A stretch of 41,514 nucleotides of DNA from an uncultured Sandaracinaceae bacterium. Lineage in GTDB: Bacteria > Myxococcota_A > Polyangia > Polyangiales > JADJQN01. A program made the position numbers and the translations under genes. A model generated the notes under the pieces. That model saw only the letters and a list, made by a program, of their open reading frames with translations. It ran no database searches and was not told the DNA's origin. Below are positions 1-7,481 of the stretch, in pieces; position 1 is the first letter of the stretch, and the number at the start of each line of letters is the position of its first letter. The stretch covers positions 1 through 41,514 of the forward strand of contig CAZWQH010000003.1 of assembly GCA_964635815.1 (NCBI GenBank), read 5' to 3'.

Positions 1-1
1 T

Positions 2-853
2 GCATCCGTCGGACTCGCCTTGATGGTTGCGAGCGGCTGTGCACGCGGTTGGACGTTGCCTCAGTCTCTGCCCGAGGGTGATGCGGCCTCGCACGACGTC
101 TCCTGGTTCCCTCCACCTGGGGGCGACGTGATCTCCCTGGATGCGGGAACCAAGCGCGATGTGAACGTCTCGGATGCGCGGTTGGACGCAACAGATGCAA
201 GGACGGACGCGAACACGCGCGACGCCGCGCAGTTCGACGCACGTGCCTCGGATGTGCGGGCGGACGCGCCCAGGACAGATGCGTCCGCCGACTCCGCGCG
301 CGATGCTCTCGTTGCGAGCGATACTGAAGCCGGTGCTATCACCGAGGACGCCGCTCTGCCTCAGGACGTTCCACGCGATGTCGGAGGCCTTCTCGAATGT
401 CGGGCCCACGCTTTGGAGCTTGCCGAGCGCTGCAGTGGAAATGCGCGTGCCGTCTGCCTTTGGCGTGCGTATGCGGCAATGTGCGAACGCGGGAATCCAA
501 CTTCTCTGATCGATGCGATGAGCTGCTTTGGTGCCAGCGGTTGCGGAACGTTCTCGGGCTCGGAAGCGCAAACGTGTGTTGCGCGCGTCTACGAGACCCA
601 TACGACTGCGTACTCCAGGCTCGCGCAGTTTCGAATGCGGTTCTATTGCTCAAACGACCGCCTCTTCGGGCCCACATCCGAGCTTCAGTGGTCGCACTTC
701 AATCCGGATCAGCTTCTGCGCTCACAGGGCTGCGTCACCGAAGAGTCGAGCTGCTCGACGATCGATGCGTGCTTCCGGCGCGACTTTCCAGAGTTCGTGG
801 CGTGCGGAACAGCCGTCCACGATGTCCGCCAACCGCTCGACTGGTTGTTCTAG
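2..853 (+). CDS. Cys-rich secreted/lipoprotein-like hypothetical protein, probably 5'-truncated by the window edge
   Basis: ORF track gives 20..853. The same frame stays open back to nt 2 and reads ASVGLALMVASGC (hydrophobic stretch plus lipobox-like ASGC), so the true start probably lies upstream of the window. An Asp/Ala-rich low-complexity linker is followed by a Cys-rich C-terminal half. Confidence 0.55.
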   Translation, partial: ASVGLALMVASGCARGWTLPQSLPEGDAASHDVSWFPPPGGDVISLDAGTKRDVNVSDARLDATDARTDANTRDAAQFDARASDVRADAPRTDASADSARDALVASDTEAGAITEDAALPQDVPRDVGGLLECRAHALELAERCSGNARAVCLWRAYAAMCERGNPTSLIDAMSCFGASGCGTFSGSEAQTCVARVYETHTTAYSRLAQFRMRFYCSNDRLFGPTSELQWSHFNPDQLLRSQGCVTEESSCSTIDACFRRDFPEFVACGTAVHDVRQPLDWLF

Positions 854-862
854 ACGCGTGTT

Positions 863-2041
863 CTAGTCAAGGATCACGCGCAGACGTGCGCTTGCGCCAA
901 CGGTCCAAGCACCAGATCCAGCCGACAGAAAGCTCACATCGGGGAGAAGCGCCTCTACAGAAATCGTCTCGCTGAAGCTGTACGAGACGAGCGGTGCGAA
1001 ACGCATCAACGCGGCGACATCGCGGGCGCCTGAAAACGAGATGTACGCTGCGATCTCGAACGTCGCGCCGATATGAAGTGGCGCAGTGAACGGGGTATAC
1101 CCATACGCAACGCCACCGACGATCGCGAGTCCGTTCGTCGCCCCGGCAACGATATCCAGCCCGCCACGAAGCTCGAGCCCGCGCAACGCAGAGATCGCAT
1201 AGCCTAGGCGCACCGGTACCGTTACGAGTACTCCACCCGCGCGTCGCGCGTCCTGTGGGATGACAGCGGAGAAGCCGAAGCCTGCTCCGACCGCCAATAG
1301 CTTCGTCGAGTGCGTGAACAGAATCCGAGCGTTCCAGTCTCGAGTGGCTTGGACCTGCGCTGTCGCGGCTGCGCGCGCAGTGTCCTCACGCGCGCTCACG
1401 GCATCGCGGTCACGCCGAGCTTGCTCTTCACGTGCCAGTGCTTCTCGTGCGAGTTGGTCTCGCTGTGCTTCTGCCGCACGAGCCTCTGCTTCGAGGCGCG
1501 CTCGTTCAGCGGCTTCGCGAGCTGCAGCATCGTCTGTGTTCGCTGGCGAAGTGTCTGCCGTCAAACGAAGCGCATCTTCACCAAGCCCGGATTCGCGCAG
1601 CATGCAGCGGAAGACATCGCGAAGACGCGCTGATTCACTCTCGTCGTCGATCACGAGAACCGTGATCTCTTCGAGACGCCCGCGTGTCGCGTAAAACGCG
1701 CTCGCCGACAATCGGTACTGCGCTCGCAACGGTTGCACGCTCACTGTGACCACCCAGTGCGCGTTCTCTCGAGTCGCGATCGCGGCGAACTCGGGGGACG
1801 TGCTCGGAACGCGTGTTCTCTCGGATCTAACCTGCGAGACGACGTGATTCTCAGCTTGTATGGCGGCGATGACGTGCGCCGCGATCTCGGACCTGGCGGC
1901 GGCGGTCGCTTCGCCCTGTGTTTCGAGGACGACGACGCTATCTGCGTGGGCAGTGCTCGATGTCCCCAAGCACGCGAGGAGGGCCGCACACGACGAGAGT
2001 GTGAAACAGAAACGAGCAGGGATGTGTGAACGGCTAGTCAC
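863..2041 (-). CDS. Secreted hypothetical protein (signal peptide, charged coiled-coil segment, Gly/Ala-rich beta-strand-like C-terminal half)
   Basis: GTG start at 2041. N-terminus MTSRSHIPARFCFTLSSCAALLACLGTSSTAHA looks like a signal peptide. Mid-region EAEARAAEAQRDQLAREALAREEQARRDRD. The C-terminal ~150 aa has alternating hydrophobic residues, outer-membrane-like. No family recognised. Confidence 0.6.
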   Translation of the reverse strand: MTSRSHIPARFCFTLSSCAALLACLGTSSTAHADSVVVLETQGEATAAARSEIAAHVIAAIQAENHVVSQVRSERTRVPSTSPEFAAIATRENAHWVVTVSVQPLRAQYRLSASAFYATRGRLEEITVLVIDDESESARLRDVFRCMLRESGLGEDALRLTADTSPANTDDAAAREAAERARLEAEARAAEAQRDQLAREALAREEQARRDRDAVSAREDTARAAATAQVQATRDWNARILFTHSTKLLAVGAGFGFSAVIPQDARRAGGVLVTVPVRLGYAISALRGLELRGGLDIVAGATNGLAIVGGVAYGYTPFTAPLHIGATFEIAAYISFSGARDVAALMRFAPLVSYSFSETISVEALLPDVSFLSAGSGAWTVGASARLRVILD

Positions 2042-2054
2042 GATGGCCAGAAAC

Positions 2055-2084
2055 TACTTTCTTCCCGACCTGCAAGCAGTCGGG
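2055..2084. repeat. 30-nt hairpin element, copy 1 (TACTTT-CTT-CCCGAC-CTGCAAGCA-GTCGGG)
   Basis: 26/30 identical to the reverse complement of 17756-17785. Stem CCCGAC/GTCGGG. Lies 13 nt upstream of the GTG start of the 863-2041 gene. Confidence 0.6.
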
Positions 2085-2170
2085 AATTGCTCGATGTACC
2101 TGCGGACATGACACAGAGCCGGGCAAACTCCTACGAAACGAGCAAATAGCAAGCCAGGGGCCGCTTCGAG

Positions 2171-3265
2171 CTAGTCGAGAACGCGAGCGAAACGCAGTCG
2201 GAAGGTTGTGCCTTGCCCCACGCGACTCTCCGCAGTGACCTCTCCGAGCATGCGTTGCATGAGGTGTTTGACGATTGCCAAGCCCAATCCCGTGCCGCCT
2301 ACGTCACGCGCGCGACCTGGGTCGACTCTGTAGAAGCGCTCGAAGATTCGGGTGAGCTGCGCCGGAGGAATACCAGGGCCGGTGTCGCTCACTTCGATGA
2401 CGACGTGCTTGCCTTCCAGGCTTGTCCGGATGGTCACGTGTCCGTTGGCTGGTGTGTACTTCACCGCGTTCTCTACGAGATTGACGAGCACCTGGTCCAC
2501 GCCGCGCGCATCGGCGTAGATCTCCGGCTCCTCGAGAGTTCCATCGACGGTGATGCTGATGTTCTTTGCGCGTGCCTGCGGCTCGAGGCCACGAAGCACG
2601 TTCGCAAACGCGGCGCGTACGTCGATCGGTTTTCGCTCGAACGCAATCTCTGGCGATTCCGCGCGTGAAAGCTGAAGAAGGTCTTCGATCAGCGTCTGCA
2701 AGCGCTGAGTGTGCTCGAGAATGCGTTCTAGAAACTTGCGGGACGTCGCGGGGTCGTCGAGCGCGCCATCGCGTAGGGTCTCCGCAAAACCGCGAATCGC
2801 GGTGAGGGGTGTCCTCAGCTCGTGGCTCGCGTTGGCTACGAAATCGCGGCGAACTTTGTCCGCGCGCTTCAGCTCGCTGACATCGTGAAGGACGACGACC
2901 ACTCCGCCGCCTTCCGGCAGCGGCGCGACCTGCGCGGAGAGCGTGCGTGCTTCTTCAGCGGGCGTCTTGGTCTCAATTTGCACGGACTGGGGGAGGCCTT
3001 CGAGCGCGGCATCGAGTGCGTCCCGCAAAGCATCGCTCTGGATGACGTCAGTAGCCGTTCGCCCGAGGACGTTCTCGTGCCCGAGCATCTTTACCAGGGC
3101 TTGATTCGAAAGGACGATCGCGCCGTCCGCATCCGTGACGAACACCGCTTCGACCATGGAGTTGAGGATCGTCCGAAGCTCGCCCTGCTCTTGTGTCGTC
3201 GATCGTAGGGTCAAAGGCGTATGTCTTTCGACGTGAGGTGCGTACGTGCTCGGGGGGCCGAGCAC
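2171..3265 (-). CDS. phoR: PhoR-like sensor histidine kinase (PAS + HisKA + HATPase), apparently soluble
   Basis: PAS-like N-terminus (LNSMVEAVFVTDADGAIVLSNQA). H-box FVANASHELRTPLTAIRGFAETLRDGAL resembles PhoR. ATPase motifs LVNLVENAVKYT, DTGPGI, GGTGLGLAIV. No hydrophobic TM segment in the ORF. Sits 31 nt downstream of the phoB-like gene. Confidence 0.8.
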   Translation of the reverse strand: MLGPPSTYAPHVERHTPLTLRSTTQEQGELRTILNSMVEAVFVTDADGAIVLSNQALVKMLGHENVLGRTATDVIQSDALRDALDAALEGLPQSVQIETKTPAEEARTLSAQVAPLPEGGGVVVVLHDVSELKRADKVRRDFVANASHELRTPLTAIRGFAETLRDGALDDPATSRKFLERILEHTQRLQTLIEDLLQLSRAESPEIAFERKPIDVRAAFANVLRGLEPQARAKNISITVDGTLEEPEIYADARGVDQVLVNLVENAVKYTPANGHVTIRTSLEGKHVVIEVSDTGPGIPPAQLTRIFERFYRVDPGRARDVGGTGLGLAIVKHLMQRMLGEVTAESRVGQGTTFRLRFARVLD

Positions 3266-3296
3266 CCCTCACAGTGCTCGAACGCGATGGCCTCGG

Positions 3297-4016
3297 TCAA
3301 ACTTCTTCGCGAAACCGGTAGCCCACTCCGCGCACCGTCTCGATGTGGTCACCCGCTTCACCGAGCTTTTCTCGCAAGCGTTTGACGTGCGTGTCTACGG
3401 TTCGTGTCTCGGCGCCGGGTGCGTATCCCCAAACGCGCTCCAGCAGGGCTTCGCGTGTTTGCACACGTCCGCGCTTCGTTGCCATATCGAGCAAGAGCTT
3501 GAACTCGAGCGCGGTAAGCATGACGTTCGTATCGCCGACCGTTACGCGATGACGCGCTTCATCGATGACGAGCTTTCCGAACGTGAGACGCGCGGTGGTT
3601 TGAGAGTCAGGCGGTGGAATGCTGGCTCTGCGAAGCAGCGCGTTTACTCGCAGCACAAGCTCGCGCGGACTGAACGGCTTGGTTACGTAGTCATCCGCAC
3701 CGATCTCGAATCCCACGACGCGATCGATTTCCTCAGCGCGCGCCGTTAGCATCATGATGGGCAAGTGCTCGGTTTCTGGATCCTTGCGCAATCGCCGACA
3801 GATTTCCGTTCCGGAGATGTCGGGGAGCATCACGTCGAGAATTACGAGGTCTGGTTGCTGACGACGAATCTCGGCGACCGCAGACGCACCATCCCGCGCG
3901 ATCGTGACGACATACCCCGCGCTCTTCAGGTTGTACTCGACCAGCTCAAGCAAATCGGGTTCATCATCTACGACCAAGACGCGTTCGCTCATCGTCCGGT
4001 CACTATCGAGGGCCAT
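3297..4016 (-). CDS. phoB: OmpR/PhoB-family response regulator (PhoB-like)
   Basis: Receiver domain (VLVVDDEPD, DVMLPD). MLTARAEEIDRVVGFEIGADDYVTKPFSPRELV closely matches the E. coli PhoB segment. wHTH C-terminus VDTHVKRLREKL...VRGVGYRF. Start is ATG 4016 or ATG 3992 (MSERVLVVDD). Confidence 0.85.
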   Translation of the reverse strand: MALDSDRTMSERVLVVDDEPDLLELVEYNLKSAGYVVTIARDGASAVAEIRRQQPDLVILDVMLPDISGTEICRRLRKDPETEHLPIMMLTARAEEIDRVVGFEIGADDYVTKPFSPRELVLRVNALLRRASIPPPDSQTTARLTFGKLVIDEARHRVTVGDTNVMLTALEFKLLLDMATKRGRVQTREALLERVWGYAPGAETRTVDTHVKRLREKLGEAGDHIETVRGVGYRFREEV

Positions 4017-4148
4017 AGCAACAGGGTTGTGCCTCGTGTGTGACAGCCCAGCAAGGTCCCTGACACGTCAGGTGACATGGATTCGCCTTCGTTAACTCGG
4101 AATCCGCCTTGGGCGGAGAGCACCCTCCTGTGCTACGTCCGCGGTCTC

Positions 4149-5252
4149 ATGAGTCTTTCTGTCGGAATCGTCGGTCTCCCCAACGTCGGTAAATCGACCC
4201 TCTTCAACGCACTTTCGTCGAAGCAGGCCGAAGCCGCGAACTACGCGTTCTGTACGATCGATCCGAATGTGGGCGTCGTTCCGGTTCCGGATCCACGGTT
4301 CGACGCGCTCGTGAAGCTAGCGGTTCCCGAGAAGACCGTTCCGGCAACGGTAGACTTTGTCGACATCGCGGGCCTCGTTCGCGGCGCATCGAAGGGCGAA
4401 GGGAAGGGCAATGCCTTTCTGAGTCACATCCGAGAGTGCAGCGCCATCGCGCACGTCGTTCGCTGTTTCGAGGACGATCAGATCATCCACGTCGAGAATC
4501 GCGTCGATCCCGCCGCAGACATCGAGATCATCAATACGGAGCTCATCCTTCGAGACCTCGATACCGTTCAGAAGCGTCTCGATAAATCACGCAAAGCCGC
4601 AAAGGGCGGAAGCGCGGCTGACAAAGTCGCGGTCGCCGTTTGCGAGAAGCTCGAGAAAGAACTCGATCAGGGGAAGCGTGCCGCGCTCGTGAGCTTCGAG
4701 AGCGACGATGAGAAGAAGTTCCTCCAAGAGATCTCGCTGCTCACCGGCAAGCCGATGTTCTACGTCTGTAACGTAAAGGAGTCGCAGCTCAAGGACGCCG
4801 AGAATCACCCGCTCGTGAAGCGCGTCCGGGAAGTCGCAGAGCGTGAGAACACGAAGGCCGTCGTGATCTCAGCGGCCATCGAGGCCGAGATCATGCAGCT
4901 TCCCATCGGCGATCGCGCCGACTTCCTCGCCTCGAGCGGTCTCGAGGAGCCCGGCCTCAACAATGTGATCCGCACCGGCTACGCGATGCTCGACCTCATC
5001 ACGTACTTCACTTCGGGCAAACAGGAAGTTCGCGCATGGACGATTCAGCGCGGTACGAAAGCGCCGGGCGCCGCTGGAAAGATCCACACCGACTTCGAGC
5101 GCGGTTTCATTCGCGCCGAAGTCATTTGGTGGGAAGACCTCGTCACCCTCAAGTCCGAGGCTGCGTGCCGCGCCGCAGGTAAGCTAGCGACGGAAGGTAA
5201 GGAGTATGTCGTTCGAGACGGGGACGTTATGCACTTCCGCTTCAACGTCTAG
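4149..5252 (+). CDS. ychF: Ribosome-binding ATPase YchF (Obg-family GTPase/ATPase)
   Basis: MSLSVGIVGLPNVGKSTLFNAL P-loop at the N-terminus, DIAGLVRGASKGEGKGNAFL, and a conserved C-terminal TGS-like region (FIRAEVI...GKEYVVRDGDVMHFRFNV). ORF track starts at 4077; ATG 4149 gives the canonical N-terminus. Confidence 0.92.
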   Translation: MSLSVGIVGLPNVGKSTLFNALSSKQAEAANYAFCTIDPNVGVVPVPDPRFDALVKLAVPEKTVPATVDFVDIAGLVRGASKGEGKGNAFLSHIRECSAIAHVVRCFEDDQIIHVENRVDPAADIEIINTELILRDLDTVQKRLDKSRKAAKGGSAADKVAVAVCEKLEKELDQGKRAALVSFESDDEKKFLQEISLLTGKPMFYVCNVKESQLKDAENHPLVKRVREVAERENTKAVVISAAIEAEIMQLPIGDRADFLASSGLEEPGLNNVIRTGYAMLDLITYFTSGKQEVRAWTIQRGTKAPGAAGKIHTDFERGFIRAEVIWWEDLVTLKSEAACRAAGKLATEGKEYVVRDGDVMHFRFNV

Positions 5253-5381
5253 TTGTAGCGACTCATTCGCGCTGATCCGGGCTTACGTCCTCCGAACGCT
5301 CGGTCATGTACCAAGGCGTACACTCCCTCGCGGTTCGTGCGGGCGCGCTCCGGCTCAACGCGAAGCAGTTCGCTACAACGT

Positions 5382-6395
5382 CTATGCGTCTTCTTCTGGA
5401 GCAGCCCCGCTCGTAGCGGCTAGATCGGTGCTCGAGATCTTGGAACCGTCGAGCTTGGTTGCTCGCGTTGTCATCGTCTCGAGGAGCTCATCGAAGGACG
5501 GGAGGTCGCCTTTGATGAAGCGGAGCGGATTGATGCGTCCGACGACGAATGCGCGAAGGAACGGGCTCTTGAGGCCCCCGGCTTCGAGCCGCTTGATGGC
5601 CTCGTTGACGGCGTCGTCGAGGTGAACGACGAGCTCGGCTCTTCGTCTGCGCTCGGCTATCGCCTCTTTGAGTGTGCCGTCGACCCACTCATCCACGCGC
5701 TTGAGCACCGATACGTAGGCACCTCCAGAAATACGAGGCCGAGCTTCGTACGCGAATCCGATCGTGACGAGCGAGGGCTCATCGAGCTCGAGCTCGAAAT
5801 CCTTCTCACCCCCCTCGGCCCAGTTTGCGAGATCGATCATCAGCCGTCGAACTTCCGCACCGCGCTCGCGAAGGTTGTGCGCCTTTTCAACGTTGAGGGC
5901 GAGGATCTGATACGCGACCGTGCGATCCGGAACGACGAGCACCGTGATCGATTTCGCACCGAGCGCGCGCATCGCGATCAAACGATGATGGCCGTTCGGA
6001 GTTAGCCACTTGCCGTCGCGCTCGCGCATCACGATCAGGGGATCGAGGAAGCGTTTGCTCTTGCCGATTGCCTGAACGAGCTTCTTCACGTGCGCAGGTG
6101 ACGCATCTCGTTGAAACGACGTTGGCGCCACGTCATCAATCGGAAGCGATGCGAGAAGAAGCGGATGTCCACCCAAGGGATCTCGGTATGCACCGAGCAC
6201 CGCACCCTTGCTTTGCACGACGGCTTCGGCGACTTCCGTGAGATCCGAGTGATCGAATTCCAGCGCGAGCTCCGATGCCTTGAGATCCGTTATGGACGCT
6301 TGAGGCTTCGTCTTTCGCGGACGCTTTGTCGTGGGCGTTGCACCCTTGGCAGGCTTCTTCGCGCGTGCGGGTTTCTTGGTGCTCGTGGTGGCCAT
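5382..6395 (-). CDS. ParB/Srx-superfamily (ParB N-terminal / DGQHR-like) domain protein with Lys/Pro-rich basic N-terminal tail
   Basis: FLDPLIVMRERDGKWLTPNGHHRLIAMRALGAKSITVLVVPD resembles the ParB-N/DndB-type core (xGxHR motif). N-terminus MATTSTKKPARAKKPAKGATPTTKRPRKTKPQ is histone-H1-like. Start chosen at ATG 6395; the ORF track's 6467 is a TTG. Confidence 0.65.
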   Translation of the reverse strand: MATTSTKKPARAKKPAKGATPTTKRPRKTKPQASITDLKASELALEFDHSDLTEVAEAVVQSKGAVLGAYRDPLGGHPLLLASLPIDDVAPTSFQRDASPAHVKKLVQAIGKSKRFLDPLIVMRERDGKWLTPNGHHRLIAMRALGAKSITVLVVPDRTVAYQILALNVEKAHNLRERGAEVRRLMIDLANWAEGGEKDFELELDEPSLVTIGFAYEARPRISGGAYVSVLKRVDEWVDGTLKEAIAERRRRAELVVHLDDAVNEAIKRLEAGGLKSPFLRAFVVGRINPLRFIKGDLPSFDELLETMTTRATKLDGSKISSTDLAATSGAAPEEDA

Positions 6396-6514
6396 GCGTA
6401 TCTCTATCGCGCCGTGTCGGAGCACGCAGCTGTGAACAGGCGTTCTCTCAGCGTCTTTATTAGCCAATCGGTACCGAGGCGAGAATGTGGCATCGTGCTT
6501 GCGTACCGCGACGC

Positions 6515-6937
6515 ATGCTCAAGCGGCTGATCGCGGTGGCCACAATCTCGCTAACCGCGCTTGGCTGCGGCGGCGGTCGGTGTTCGGAACCTGACGCGAC
6601 CGAGGCGCATGTCGCACGAGTTGCTCATCCAGGCGGCCCTCGGTGCACGCCTTCCGATGATCGATGCGAACCGATCGCATACGAGGCCTGCTTTCAGAGC
6701 CGACTGTTTCCATCTGCACCCCGATATGCACGAAACCCGGAGCGCGCCCAGCCTCTGCCAGTTGCGCGTCCCGAGAATGCATGTGTTCACGATGGCGAAT
6801 GCGTGACGACCGGTTGCGGAAACGGTTGCGGGCGCTGGGACGTGGATCATGGGTCAGGCACATGCCTCTACTACACGACGCTTAGCCAGGCGTTCTGCGG
6901 ATGCGTCGAGAACCAGTGCCGGTGGTTCACCCAGTAG
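6515..6937 (+). CDS. Small Cys-rich lipoprotein, hypothetical
   Basis: MLKRLIAVATISLTALGCGGG has a signal peptide plus lipobox (LGC). The C-terminal part has about 10 Cys (ACVHDGECVTTGCGNGCGRW...FCGCVENQCRWF). ATG 6515 lies inside ORF 6485..6937. Confidence 0.6.
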   Translation: MLKRLIAVATISLTALGCGGGRCSEPDATEAHVARVAHPGGPRCTPSDDRCEPIAYEACFQSRLFPSAPRYARNPERAQPLPVARPENACVHDGECVTTGCGNGCGRWDVDHGSGTCLYYTTLSQAFCGCVENQCRWFTQ

Positions 6938-7242
6938 GACCCATCCGCCTCCGGAGCGCGGAATAAGAAACGGCGGACTCGTAGTTATGCGTTCTCACGC
7001 ACGTTACGAATCCGCCGGTCGAGTGACCTCTTATGGAGGAGGCAGTCTCGAGCGCTGTCTGGTTCGGGAGTTGCTGCGGTTGCAACAGCTCCCGAAGCTC
7101 AAACTAGTACTGCTGTGCCCCCAAGAAGAGGTCGATAGTACTGTGCATGTTTGACATTCCTCCCCCGGCAGATGCCGGTGCCCAGATTGTTCGAGAACGA
7201 ACGTCTTTCGACGTCGGCCCCTAGCGTTCGGGCATTCGTAGT

Positions 7243-7270
7243 GGGGACCATCCGCAAGCAATGGGTCCTC
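7243..7270 (+). repeat. Hairpin with CCGCAAGCA loop (member of GCAAG-loop family)
   Basis: GGGGACCAT / ATGG(G)TCCTC stem (9 pairs including one G-U, one bulge), 9-nt loop CCGCAAGCA. The G-U pair only works on the + strand. Confidence 0.45.
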
Positions 7271-7350
7271 GTTAGGTGTGCACCGTCGCGTTCTCGCGAC
7301 TCCGGACCATTCCGGGGCATGACCGTTGCAGACGTTGTGTTTCTTGCTCA

Positions 7351-7391
7351 GGCCCGCAAGCGGCCCTCACAGCTCGGTCCGCAAGCGACCG
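7351..7391. repeat. Two tandem hairpins GGCC-CGCAAGC-GGCC and (C)GGTC-CGCAAGC-GACC(G)
   Basis: 15-mers at 7351-7365 and 7376-7390 are 13/15 identical. The two differences (C7353/G7363 versus T7378/A7388) are a compensatory base-pair change in the stem. Confidence 0.55.
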
Positions 7392-7481
7392 TGCAAACCA
7401 AGCTAACACCAGCTTCTGAATCCGGGAAGATGTAGGCGTGCGAGCCGTGTTGAACTTGCTTCGGCCCGCAGGCGCTAGCTG

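Noticed and set aside
846-866. Direct repeat TGTTCTAG ... TGTTCTAG spanning the two convergent stop codons at 851-853 and 863-865
   Set aside because: It is only 8 bp, and it is partly explained by both genes ending in TAG in opposite senses. No further structure is present.
5252-5379. 10-bp inverted repeat GTTGTAGCGA / TCGCTACAAC flanking the ychF/ParB-like convergent spacer
   Set aside because: The arms are ~108 nt apart with no supporting internal structure. I estimate several such 10-bp matches at that range are expected by chance in 41 kb.
7151-7156. Perfect TTGACA -35 hexamer in the 6938-7481 gap
   Set aside because: There is no acceptable -10 hexamer 16-19 nt downstream (GCCGGT/CCGGTG). 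A single hexamer match is expected by chance.
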